A stretch of DNA of 63,826 nucleotides, filler included, from Neoconidiobolus thromboides FSU 785 (taxonomy: Eukaryota > Fungi > Entomophthoromycota), in NCBI GenBank assembly GCA_025603075.1. It is 11 parts of 11 records of this genome, joined end to end, with 100 filler letters (N's around TTAATTAATTAA, not from the genome) between each part and the next. Parts side by side here need not be neighbours in the genome. Positions count along the whole stretch, not along the records: positions 50,506 to 59,093 come from MU626677.1; positions 59,194 to 61,614 come from MU626856.1; positions 61,715 to 63,826 come from MU626880.1; 8 more parts are not named here. One strand, written 5' to 3'. The notes under the pieces were generated by a model, which was given only the letters and a program-made list of their open reading frames with translations, was not told the origin of the DNA and did no database searches. This document shows positions 50,650-63,525 of this stretch, one piece after another. A program made the position numbers and the translations under genes. Each line of letters starts with the position of its first letter. Within the stretch, counting starts at the first letter, position 1.

Positions 50650-51372
50650 ATATACTAGATTTTTATTATATATTTTTAAAACTATCAGGGACTTTTGCTT
50701 TTTAATAAATAATTTATTTTTTATAAAGTTTTAAGCAAAGTTTTTGCAATACAAAACATTTGAAAAATTGAATTTTATTTTAATACCGTTTATTGGTTAC
50801 TCTATTTATAATTTAGTATTTTAAAATTGAACAAAGAATGAAACTAATTTAGACATCCTATATAATTATTGGCAATAAAACATAATTTTAAATGTTATAC
50901 ATAAATTAGTATTGTATATTTGAAGTCAGAAAATATCTTTAAATTTTAGCTTTGAAAAGTCATCAACTTAAACGTTAATACTTGTTCTAGCACTTATGAA
51001 GTGGATTGATAAAAATAAAATAAAGGTAATGGATAATAAATTGGTTTATAAGCCTAAGAAACTATAAGGTTAGTATAATAAATTAATTTTAATAATAAAA
51101 CTATAATTTCTATGTATAAATAACTCAAATAAAATAATTTATTAAATAAACATCTTTAATGAATAAAATAGTAATTCTTTTATATTAATTTTCTACAAGT
51201 TACTATTTCTATAAAAAATCCTAAGAGTATTTGATTTCGATAGCCCAGTTTTTAATGAAAAAAATAGAGTTTTAGATCTAAGAAAACTACCAACTGAAAA
51301 ATACTTTGGTAAGCAAATTCAATACTGACATTATTATTACAATTATTAGCTGTTTTTATTTTTTTAAAATAA

Positions 51373-51470
51373 GGAGATGTATTTTTATGTTCAAGAATTT
51401 TACTAACAATATTTCTGCTCAAATAGCGCTTAAAAAATGGGAAAAGTAATGAAGCCAAAAAAACACCCCC
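51373..51470 (-). mobile_element. MITE family 1 copy, TSD ATAA
   Basis: ataa|ggagatg...caccccc|ataa. Confidence 0.9.
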
Positions 51471-51634
51471 ATAAGCTAATAACAACCCAAGTAATAATTC
51501 AAATTCATTTGATTTGATTTACTATTAGTTAGCAAACATTTAAATTTTGCATTCCCTTTTGCACTTCAATGATTGCAAACAAAGATGTCAACTTTGAATT
51601 GAAAAAGCAAATCATCAACAAAGTTTGACATTGA

Positions 51635-54600
51635 ATGAAGAAGAGAGAAAAGTTAATTAAATTATTTGAAGTAGGACCAGAAGGAATTGAATTTTCCAAA
51701 GTATATTTAAATGGGTTGCATGTATTAAAAAGGATAAAAATTAAAAATTTAACAAATAAACTAGTCTATGTGAACTTGGAAACCAATTTATCGGAACAGA
51801 TTACATTCCAATTAAGGAATGAAAATTTACCAGAGACGGAAGACTTGGGTAAGTATAATAATTGTTATCATTTTTTATAATTAAATCTTTATCTTATTAT
51901 AGATTTAATCTTAAACGATCGACCTATATTTTATAATGAAATATTTAATCATGTGGAACCAATAACGAGTATCTTATTAAAACCAAATTATACTCAATCT
52001 TTAGTACTTGGCTATCTACCACAATATATAGCTAAGACACCAACAGAAGTATTAACAGATCCCTTTTTTTCAAAAGAAAAAGAAATCAAAAGTGGGGAAA
52101 TTATAGAGCAACATGATTATTTTATTACTCAAGGTTACATTAATTTTAGAGCCAACATAGAACATGCAACTAAACTAAAAGGTGGAGAATTGGATACTGA
52201 TATAATGAATCAACATATATTAACTATACCCTTTAAATCCAATGTTTGTTTATCGGTATTAGATAGTGATATCTCTAATAGCGATATTTCATTTGGTTCT
52301 TGTGCAATCAATGGAATATATATAAGGGATTTTATGATTTATAATCGTTCTGAAATTGAATTAGAATATTGTATTAATTTTATCGGATCGGCAGGAAGTA
52401 AATGGCGTCATTTTTTTGAGTTTCATTCCTTACCAACGGGGCCTTCTTTTACTTCAGGGAAATTAGGTCCGTATCAATGTAAAAAAGTAAGGATGACTTT
52501 TCAACCAATAACGGAATGTGAATTTAACTTAGATATGCAAATTGTTAATATTAATGACCCATCAAACTTTATTGAATGTCATTTATATGCTATTGTGGGT
52601 GAATTAGACATCAATGAATCACCTGCTATTTCTACTAATACTCATTTGTTAGATTATGGGGATTGTTACGGTGGTGTTTGGGTTAATAGAATATTAACTA
52701 TTAAAAATTTATCAGATTCTCACTTAGAAATATTATTATCATCAAGTATACCAGAAGTTAAATTTGCATTAACTAATGATGACATAAAACATCGTACTAG
52801 ATTAAGAAGACAAGATAGTTCATCTAATTTATCAGATAATATTAGTGAACCTACTTCAGCTAATGCTTCCAAACCTCATTCACCTACTTCTTCTAGATTT
52901 AAAGATATTGATTTAAATTCATTAATATTATCTGAAAACAATATAGATAATGATATTAATAGCCAAAGATTAAGTAATAAATACAATCGTATGGATATAG
53001 AAAATGAATCAGAAACAGATAATGATAGTATATTAGATTATAAATATCAAAATCATGATGGATTACCTAACACAATCACTTATATTGAAGAATTGGTATT
53101 AAAGCCAGGTAGTGAAAAAACAATTAAAGTGTATTATCGACCCACTCTGAATTTATACTCTACAGATTTTAATGCAGGAAAATTAATAAGAAATAGTTTT
53201 CAAATCCAATTATTTTATTTTAAATTGGAAAATATTAATTCAAATTGGCCCAATTCACCTTCTTTTATTAAGCGTAGTCAAAAAATCAAAATTATTCATT
53301 GTAAAGCAAGAAGTTGTACATCTTTTATTGAATTATTGCCGTCTAAACTAGATTTTGGAGATATTAATATTGGGATGCATAAAACTTTACCAGTATTTAT
53401 TGCTAATCATTCAGATTTAACAACTCAAGTAGAATTAAGATATGCCTCTAAAGTTATTAGTTGTCATAAAGGACCATTCGTAATTACACCCAATAGTTCT
53501 ATTGAAGTGAATGTTACATTATTCCCAAGAAAAATTAATTCAGGTTATAGAAAACAAATTGTCATAGCTAATTTAAATAACCCCAACAATGATCAAATAT
53601 TACATGTTCAATCGAATCATGTAGATAAAAATCAAGTTACATTTCATAGTTTATTTTATAAAATACATACAGCTAGTGGGGCTAATTTTATTAATTTAAA
53701 TTCCGTCATTGTTAATTCACCTGCATTAAGTAATTTTATAATTGAAAATATTAGTTTAGATTACTTAACATTGGAATTGTCTACTAATCGACCTGAAGAA
53801 ATGTATTTTTTTAAAATTAACGAAGCAGTACCACAAAGTTTAGAATTGTATAATAATGACCCCAATAATCCATTACCTATTAGTAATTTTAATCATGGTT
53901 TAAATTCTTTATCTGGAGCAGATTTAAGAGAATCTATATTAGAAAAAATGGATGATCAAATAAGAAATCAAAAAAAAGGAATTAAAATTAATAGTGTCTC
54001 AAGAACTTTTAATCAAATTAAAGGAGATCATTATAGATTATTTCGATCTCAATCAGCTACTAAAACTACTTCTTATTTAGATTTAGCTGATAATTCTAAT
54101 AATAATAAGATGAATAATAGCAATAATTCAGATAATCAATTTAATGATACAAATTCATTAAAACAAATTAAAAAAAATAGTCCATTATCTTCACAATTAA
54201 ATTTACAAAACCAAAATTATAATATAACTTCACCACCTACAGCTGAATCTTCTCATCGGTCAAGTCCAATGCAACATAGTATTAATTTAACAAATTCAAT
54301 ATTTCATAAAATGGAAGAAAGTATGAACCAACCAATACCTTTATTTCCTAATTTAATGGCAGAAGAAGAATATGCCAAAAAAATGATACAACAACGGAAA
54401 GATTTAGAAACATTAATAAAAGAACAAGTAATTATACCAATAAAAAAAATAACAATACCACCTAATAGTAAATTTCATATTATATTTTTATTTGTAGCTC
54501 AAAGACATACAATGCCCCATTTACAAGGTATACCAAGAACATTTAACGGCAAAATATTAATTAAATTATTGGAATTTGATCAAAATATTATAGATAAAGA

Positions 54601-55711
54601 ATTCAAATCAATGTTAGGTGAAAAAATGAATAAAATACCAGTAAGAGAATTAATGGTAAAATCATTAATTAGTAAATCAATAATGGAATTAGGTCAAAAA
54701 AATTTTAATTTCGGATTAATTGATAAAGACGATAGTCGAAATAAAATTATTGTATTAAGGAATTGTAGTGAACATCCACTAGTATTTATGCTACGTAAAT
54801 CAGGTTCAATAGCCTCAGGAGATCTTTATTTTGAAGGTAGTAAATATGGAGTTATTAGAGGTTTTGGTAAAAAACAAGTGAATTTATTATTTAATCCATC
54901 TTTACCAGGCCCCTTTGAAGAAAATATAATTATACGCAATGTATTTGATCCAGATGATGACAAAGCTTTATTAATTAAAGCTTTAATAAGAAAACCAACT
55001 ATATTTTCAGTAGAACCATTAACAGAAGATTTTGGTTCTTGTTATATTAATGAATTATGTGTTAAGCCTCGAGATATCCATATAAGTAATACTCATAAAT
55101 TACCCAAAGTATTTGAAGTAAGAGTAGATACAGGAGAAATGAATTTTGGGTGGTGTTTAGGTGAAGTTTATTTTTATGTTAATTTTGATGAAGAAATTAG
55201 TTCATCTATATTAACCATGGAAGTAGAACAAAAGATTGAAACATTAGAACAAAAATTAAAAATTGCCAAACGTAAAGGAAGAGATGACAAAGTTAAAAAA
55301 ATTGAAGATAAACTAAATCGATTAAGAAATGGGGAAGAAGAAATACCAGGTATGGAAGATGATGAAGAAGAAGAAAATAATTCAAAATTATCATCATCGG
55401 ATAACAATACTTCCCCACTACCATCAAAGCCTATAATACCACAATATGGTGAAGCAGGATATATTCAACGTACATCTAATTCAGTTATATTTACAATCTT
55501 AGGTAGTTCAAGGATGTCTGTTTCAATTTATTTTAAACCAATAGCTACTCAAGGTTTATTAGAATGTTTAAAAAATGGAATGATTACAATGGAAAAAGAA
55601 TTGGTTTCTGGACAGATATTAATTCATGAGCATCGTAATAGAGATGTTTGTAAAAGAGTAATATTTCAAGCTACCGTTAATTATAATAGAAAGTTATATT
55701 CTGGATTATAA
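51635..55711 (+). CDS. Very large uncharacterised protein with repeated Ig-like (ASH/PapD-like) beta-sandwich modules; intron ~51849-51902
   Basis: 1252-codon open exon; recurrent [LI]DFG[DS]..G....[IL].[IL].N.S motifs (ISFGSC, LDYGDC, LDFGDI, FNFGLI, EDFGSC); domain assignment is by motif pattern only. Confidence 0.75.
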
Positions 55712-56883
55712 TAACAAAGATAATTTATAAAAAAGAGTTTTTATTTGAAAATGATTAATTAAATTGTTATCAAAAATAAAATTAAGGGATAAAATTGGAG
55801 TGTAAATAGGAGACTATGAATACATAAAGTTTATTTTCAGAATAAAAAGGAAGTAATAAATTATTGAACTATTAAGCACTTTTTGTTTTATTTTAGATGA
55901 GTTAATTGTAGAACATAATTTTAAATTATGAGTTTTGTTTATCAAATGGAATAAAATAAGTAAAGTTTAAGGTTGAAGTAAAAAAATAGCAAAGTTTTCT
56001 CATAATTTTATAAATATAATATCAATTATAAAAATTGGAAATTAAATCTATTTAAAGCTTTTCGAATTTTCTTAAATTTAGAGATTGTATTTAAATTTGA
56101 TTCTATAAGTTCTAGTATTAATAAATTATTATTTAATCAGAATGTTAAAAAGCAACTAAACGTAACAAGAAATATTTGCCTTTTACTCGAACTATCCCTG
56201 ATTGACTTAATTCTTTCCATAAATAAAAGCTTCGATTTAAAAAAACCAATAACTTTTAAAAAAAAAAAAAAGTTATCAAGTTAACGAGTTATAAACTACA
56301 TTCATCATGTGTTTTTGAACTTCATATAGAAGGATCGAAGTATTTACCAATAGCTAGGAACTGTGACTAACCATGTTTCATTAATTCTTAATTATGGGAT
56401 TGAAGATTTAAAGGACAGAGATTCGTTTTTTTTGACTAATTCTTTTTGAGTGATAATTTTTGCTTTCTTTTTTATGAAGCATAAAATTGGAAAAAAATTC
56501 CAATGAATTTTTAAAAAGTGTCTGTAGGCCGCGTTCTTTGACTTCGTTTTTTAATAGTATTTAAAATTAATAACGAATTTTATTAATAAAAACATCTTTT
56601 TATATTATAAGGCCTGTTTAAATTTAGGGATATTATTTTTAAATATACAACTGTTTAGTTTAATTGAGCATACAAAATTTTAAACCAAATACTAATATAG
56701 TTAAAAATGTCAATATTTGGTTTGAATTAAATAAAATTTTTAAAGTTGTCTAAAATTTAAATTAAATTAGTGAATAAGTTTTATTAATTTAATTCTAACT
56801 TTCAAAAAACGTACAAAAAATATAATAAGTTATTTGATAAATTTTAAAAAATGTCCGATATTAGAAAAATAAAATTAATATAT

Positions 56884-56980
56884 GGGGATGTATTTTTGTG
56901 TTTAAGAATTTTACTAACAATATTTTCGCTCAAATAGCGCTTAAAAGATGAAAAAAGTGATGAACTAAAAAAACATCCCC
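56884..56980 (-). mobile_element. MITE family 1 copy, TSD ATAT
   Basis: atat|ggggatg...catcccc|atat, near-perfect TIRs. Confidence 0.92.
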
Positions 56981-57027
56981 ATATAATGCAAAAACTTTTG
57001 AGATTTAATTTTTTTTGTATTTGCTTA

Positions 57028-57490
57028 TATGAAATCTGGTACTCAGTGGTTGGAGCCAAAATCAGTTTTTGCTTGATTAAATAGTCATAAATTGAAAGGT
57101 CTTAATTTATGTGGCTAAGATAGACTTGAGCTATGAAGAATAGTATCTAATATGCTACAGACTATGTAAAATAAATATAATAAATAATACTACTGTAAAA
57201 TCTACATAAAATATTATCAAAAAGGTTTAATAGCTTTGTTAAATGTACGAGATATCAGGGAGTAACCCAGTAAAAAAGTCTCGAGTTATTATGTTCTAAA
57301 ACCTTTTTTGTACTCTGATAAGTATAAGTATCAAAAGGGGGAGATAATATTCTTTGGGATGAAGCTAGAAATTCTTATAACAAATCAAACTAAGAGTGTG
57401 GGATTGATTGTCTCTGAATTCGGGAACACGACAATTTAATTCATTGTTGTGTTATAGTCAACCATGGAGCTGACAAAGCGATATTTCACA
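57028..57490 (+). repeat. Repeat family 3, diverged inverted homolog of 63045-63525
   Basis: Shared blocks e.g. gactaagatagacttgagYtatgaagaatag, ctctgataagtat, ggagctRacaaagcgatatttc. Confidence 0.8.
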
Positions 57491-57624
57491 CTATAATAAG
57501 CAAGTCATATCAGCATTAGGGTTTGATGTTTTATATTTAAAAATAATAAAACAATAGACAGAGTTTATTTTACTTATTTTACTTATTTTACTTATCCGAA
57601 ATGTTAAATCATGATTCAGTACAT

Positions 57625-57723
57625 GGAGATGTGTTTTTATGTTTAAGAGTTTTAGTGTAGTTTTTCCACTCAAATAGTGTTTAAAAAACAGAAAAAGTAA
57701 CAAAACAAAACAAAAACATTCCT
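57625..57723 (-). mobile_element. MITE family 1 copy, degenerate (plus a partial copy ~57790-57850)
   Basis: ggagatgtg...ccactcaaatagtgttta...aacattcct. Confidence 0.75.
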
Positions 57724-59193
57724 ATTTTAAAAAAATTGAGAATGATAAATATTGTTTAAATTATTTTAAATATAAAAATTTCTATTAATAGCTTCTTTAC
57801 TCAAATAGCACTTAAACAATAAGAAGTGATAAAATAAGAAAACACCTTTATATAATGATGGTAAAATATTTTACAGTAACATTTATAATTTAATAAAATT
57901 AGGTCAAAAATTAAACTAAAATAAACTATTAAATAACATTCATATGTTAAATAAGTTAAAGTATTAAACATTATTTATGTTAAACAAATAAAAAACATAA
58001 AAATGAAATTTTACCAAGTTTTTTATTTTTACTATACATTATTTAATAATACTTTATTTTTATTATTAGAATATTTAAATTCATTCAAATCTCAGTCAAA
58101 CAACTTTTAAAAATTCTACCCAATTATACTAAATACTAGTGTAATTGAAAATGTTAGGGTTTGGTTTGAAGTTTTGCATATAAAATTAAACTAAATAGTT
58201 ATGCGCTTAAAAATAGTGTTTGAAGCTAGATGGGTTCTGTAATATATTAATAAAAACGCAAAAAAAACTAAACAACAGATAAAATAATTCTTTATATTAA
58301 ATTTAGTCTTTTTTAGCACTCAGTTGATGAATAATTAAATACAGAATTTCTGGTTATTTTGTTGAATATTTAATTAATATGCTTATTTCAATTAAAGCTT
58401 AACATCATTAAGTCCCTAATATCAATACCTATTGCACCTTTGATTAATACATGAATAGCTCTTATAAATCCAATTTTGTTACAAAAATTTAAGAATAATA
58501 AAGTTAAGAATAAATATGAGAAATATCATTAAATCAAATATGGACAAAGCCATTATCTTATAGTAAATAGTCAAATAATAACTAAAAAATCACTAATTTA
58601 AATAAAAGTATAAAACATCGTATTGCCAAGTAATTTTTCTCTCATGCTTAAAATATCCCATATCTAATTTTAATTTAATATATTTTGTCAATTAATTTTA
58701 TTGAGTAGTATCATTAAAATTTAATAACTAAATAGAATAATATTGTAATGAAATCAAAAGTCAGATTACATGATCAATTTAAAGAATAACTAAATTAAAC
58801 TATAAAGCGTACCTTGAATATTAAACAAATTCTACCAATACTGTTGTTTTGATTAAATATATCGATAGTTAACGATTCCAACTAATCTTTAGTCTTGTTT
58901 TTATCAAATAGCTAGACTATGTAAAATCACCCCATAGTATAGTAACACTAAATACGTATTCATTAAAAAAGTATATAAACCCTGTAAATGTTGGCCTTAT
59001 ATTTATAAAAATCATACATCAAATCAATCATCTATAATATATTAGAAACATGCTCTTAAGTTACAATAATCCGGCTATTATTGCTTTATTTTTNNNNNNN
59101 NNNNNNNNNNNNNNNNNNNNNNNNNNNNNNNNNNNNNTTAATTAATTAANNNNNNNNNNNNNNNNNNNNNNNNNNNNNNNNNNNNNNNNNNNN

Positions 59194-59297
59194 GTCCAAA
59201 ATCAAAAGAATGGGAAACTCCTATTCTTACTACAGCTGGTTTCGTATATCCAAAAGATTTGGACATTCAACTTTTTAAATTATCTGATTATACTTAA
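59194..59297 (+). CDS. 3' end of a gene cut by gap, possibly a P450 C-terminus
   Basis: PKSKEWETPILTTAGFVYPKDLDIQLFKLSDYT*, resembles a P450 terminal beta-strand (PxxL.I.F); no diagnostic motif. Confidence 0.4.
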
Positions 59298-60558
59298 AAT
59301 AAATAAATAAATAAATAAATATCGAATTTTTAATAACTATCTATCGATATTTGTTGTTTCATGTTAAGGAAGTACAACATTACTCATTTTAACCTTATTT
59401 TATCAACATGTATATAAATGAAATATTCAGTATATAAAATATTAGTAACATTGGTTAATTTGATTCTCTTTTTAATTTGAAGGGTTTCCTCCGAGTCTTT
59501 CATATTGATCAAGGATAAAACAGTTAGAAGAGATCTTAGCTATATTGAGCTAGGGTGACCATAAGTAAACTATATAACTTAGCTAAACACAGTAACCTTC
59601 CTAGGTAAACTTTAGGTAAGCTTGAATTTAGGAATCCCCCAGGCAATCCAGAAACATTCTTCTAGGTAAATGTTTAGTCGAGTTAGGAGTATAAAAGGAA
59701 ATGGAGGTAAACTAGCGAGTGTGAAAAAAGCAAGAGAGGTAGAGTTGGATTGGATGGCTCACATACCGGTTGAAATGATGAGGGCTCATATAACAATGAG
59801 TAAGTGCTGAATTGCACTAGGTTGTTATCTAGGTTTGGTGTTAGTGTGTGGTAAGGGGTATTGAAAAGGATATGGACTTAAAATTTAGCCAAAATCAATG
59901 GCCAAAGAGTAGGTGCGGTGGATTAATTAAACTTTGGTTTGATCTTTCACTGGCTTAATTATAAAATAACAAATTTTATATACGCTTTTAGTCAAGTATT
60001 ATAATATCTTATTTATTTTATTTATTGATAATTAGTCAGATCATATTAAATATAAAAAGCAATATATAAGATAATATAACAAAACCAAAGCTTTAAATCA
60101 CTAATCTTATTTTATTTAAATCATATCAAATGTATTTAAAAAATTAATAGCTTTAATTATTTTTAAAAGTAACGCCTTTAAAGCACGCTTGTTAAAAAAT
60201 ATCTCTAACTTATCATATTTAATAAACATATCATATTTTTGATAAGACTTTTTAATAAGCCTAACTCATCAAGTATATCAAGTAAATAACATGTATAGTC
60301 AATGCTTTTCAAATATTATTACTTTAATAAAATAATTACTATTTTTTGTGAAATCCAGTTATTTATTTTAACCATCTTATCTAGGATCAGCAAATATAAA
60401 AATAGATTTTTCTAATTAAGAAACATTTTTTATGATTTGAACAATAATAAAAATTTAAGCATGACCATTATTATCACTCTACATTTAAATAAAATAATGT
60501 GTATATAAAGCATATATACATATTTAATTCAAATGACATCAGTTTCAATACAATATAT

Positions 60559-60655
60559 GGGGCTGTTTTTTTTGGTTTCATTATTTTTCCGTTTTTTAAG
60601 CGCTATCTGAGTGGAGAATTTGTTAGTAAAATTCTTAAACACAAAATACATCCTC
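60559..60655 (+). mobile_element. MITE family 1 copy, TSD ATAT
   Basis: atat|ggggctg...catcctc|atat. Confidence 0.9.
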
Positions 60656-61513
60656 ATATAGCTAAGTTTATAAATAAAGACTACAATATAGGTTATATGT
60701 TCTTGATATTAAATAAACTTTATAATTCTAAAAAAATAAAATATTTTTATGGTCTACTTTATTAGGTGCGCAGTTATTTCATAATAAAACTAAAATTACA
60801 CAAAATTCGGCACCATTTCCGACTTTTAATCGATTTATCAGTTGTCAACAATCAGAATTTTGTCGGCTTTAAAGTATCATTCTTGGTATTATTAATATAC
60901 TACATGCTACATCAATAATTAAATAAGCACTCCCCTTTAATCTAAACCATATTAAAGCAGTAAGGTTATTGGCATATTTGTTATTTATAGAATATTATTA
61001 TGTAATCAATTCAATTTTAATATATATTGACGGTATGAGCTTCATCTTGACTTTGAATGATAATAGTGGTATTAACTTTATAAAAAACTAATAAACGATA
61101 TTTATAAAAAACTCAAGCTATAAGATTTACATTGTAGTTATGACTATATATATAGCTAATAGCTATGTAAAAGAGATAGTATACTTTTAATTGTTATAAT
61201 TAAAATTTCAAGCTTTTTACTCTATTTGTAAAATCGTAGACTTAAACTTTCCTAGTATTTTGTTTAATTTATTAAAAGCTTCAAACTAAAAGTATTTTTA
61301 TGGTAATAACGGTTAAAATCTAATGTTGACTTTGGATTAAGTTTAGACAGCTAAAAATTACCCTTTTATTCCCAAATTTAGCTTAAGCTTAATTGTTTCA
61401 GTTAATTTAGTAGAAAGCTGATTAGATTTAAATCACAGTTTAAAGCTACTATAAAAGCTGTGACTGTTACATTTATTATTACTATATTTTTTCACAATTT
61501 AATTTTTTTATCA

Positions 61514-61614
61514 ATGTTATATTTAACTTTAGGATTTGTCTTATTAGTTTCGTTTGTAGCTTATAAGGCTTATAAGTTATTTGAAGTTCCTGAGCACTTA
61601 AAGAATGTCCCCCA
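61514..61614 (+). CDS. 5' end of a probable cytochrome P450 (TM anchor + Pro-rich hinge), cut by gap
   Basis: MLYLTLGFVLLVSFVAYKAYKLFEVPEHLKNVP. Confidence 0.55.
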
Positions 61615-62227
61615 NNNNNNNNNNNNNNNNNNNNNNNNNNNNNNNNNNNNNNNNNNNNTTAATTAATTAANNNNNNNNNNNNNNNNNNNNNNNNNNNNNN
61701 NNNNNNNNNNNNNNACATTGTTTTCTATCCCTTAGAATTTTCGATTTCCTAATATATTATAAATAATGTTCTATCTTAAAATACATAGACATTGGGTCAA
61801 TATTAATATTGCATTTTCAACTCCAATACTAATTTATTTTTAGTTTGTTTTTTTGGAAAGTCTGTTTGCAAGTCTAAATAACTACCAATTTTTAACGTTA
61901 TAAAATTTAAAAAATATAGGGTTGTTTGGATCAAACCCATTTTTGGTCTATTATATTTGCACATTATTAATACATAGTTTGATTGATTAGATAGATTTGA
62001 AAGCTTAGTTGAAATTAAAGATGAAGTTTCCCATTTCACTCTTTTATCGATTTTTTATGTAGTGTAAATTTTTGAAAAAACCTTAAATAATAATAAAAAA
62101 CGTTCCCATACAATTTTAAAACCAAGTAAAAAGCCAACTAATTTCATAGCACAAAGTGCTTAATTTACATTTTTGCTAAAATCTAAATTGAACAAAAATT
62201 AAACTAAGCTCCTAAACTAACTCATAT

Positions 62228-62319
62228 AGAGATGTGTTTTTTAGGAACTTTACTGGTAACCTTTCTACTTAAATAGCATTTAAAAAATAAAAAAGCGATG
62301 AAATTATAAAAACATCCGC
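62228..62319 (-). mobile_element. MITE family 1 copy, degenerate
   Basis: agagatgtg...ctacttaaatagcattta...catccgc. Confidence 0.75.
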
Positions 62320-62849
62320 ATTATAGGAAATTCAATTTTAACCATACTAAAATGAATTCTGCCAATTAAAGTAGGCTTTTTAAATATGCTTTTTGCCTTT
62401 TGACATTGTATAAATTCACTTTAATCAAAATAAAGTATGTATTGGCACTGGATCTACTAACAATGTGTCAATAATTTTTTCGTTTGTACATTTGGTTGGA
62501 AAAATAATACTTTAATAAGAACATTGAAAACAAAGCAAAAGAATGAAAGTTTTAAAATAAATTATAATTTTTTGATTAAGCTAGAGTAAGTACTAGTACC
62601 CTGATTTTTGACATTAATATCCACATTTCCTGAAGTATTGGTTTCTAAAACGACTAATTCAAATTTAGCTTCAAAATCTAATTGAAAAAGATCAGTATAT
62701 AAAAAGCAATAAAAAACATACTTCTTATCTCATCCTTTATCTGTTGATTAATCTCTTGTTTTTTGACAGTTCTATAATAAATAATTTGAGTGCACTTTGT
62801 GTTGATGGACATAAAGATCCAAAAATTTAATAATCCTAGCATACCACCT

Positions 62850-62947
62850 GGGGATATATTTTTTTGTTTAAGAATTTTGCTAACAATCTTTCTACTCAAA
62901 TAGTGCTTAAAAAACGAAAAAGTAATGAAACCAAAAAAAACATCTCC
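62850..62947 (-). mobile_element. MITE family 1 copy, TSD ACCT
   Basis: acct|ggggata...catctcc|acct. Confidence 0.9.
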
Positions 62948-63044
62948 ACCTATTAAATAAGCAAGATATCTAGCTCTAATGAATCAATTTCGATAAATTC
63001 AGATATCATTTGATTAATTGCTAAATCAGAATGAGTAACAATTA

Positions 63045-63525
63045 TAACTATTGAATATTGCGAAATATCGCTTTGTTAGCTCCATTGATTGATTATAGTA
63101 TAATAACCACTTAAGTTGGTATGTTCTCAAATTCGGGCACAGTCAATCCTGAGCTTCTATTTTGATTTGATATGAAAATTTTTAACTTCACCACAAAGGA
63201 TATTATCCTCGCGTTTTGATATACATACTTATCAGAGTATAAAAGAGATTTTAAAACATGATAGCTCGAGGCTTTTTACCTGAATTATTCCCTGATAGCT
63301 CATACATTTAATAAAGCTATTAAGTTTACTTAATAGTATTTTACGTACATTTTACATTAGTACTATCTATCCTATTTGTCTTACATAGTCCGTAGCCTAT
63401 TGCGTGCTATTCTTCATAACTCAAGTCTATCTTAGTCATATAAACTAAGACCTTTCGACTTAGAATATAGTTAACCAGGAAGCAGCTGTTTTTGACTCAA
63501 ATGACTGAGTACTAGGTTTCACAAC
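63045..63525 (-). repeat. Repeat family 3 copy
   Basis: Reverse complement aligns by eye with 57028-57490. Confidence 0.8.

Noticed and set aside
3540-59930. Idea that in-frame stops in relic ORFs prove RIP-like C-to-T mutation
   Set aside because: Every stop codon is one transition away from a sense codon, so stops alone are not evidence; an alignment-based substitution spectrum is needed.
6851-62899. Several short ORFs sharing IVSKILKHKNT or FFPFFKRYLSG (6851, 18051, 19343, 51252, 56844, 57491, 60499, 62678)
   Set aside because: These are translations of the non-coding MITE-1 sequence, not a protein family.
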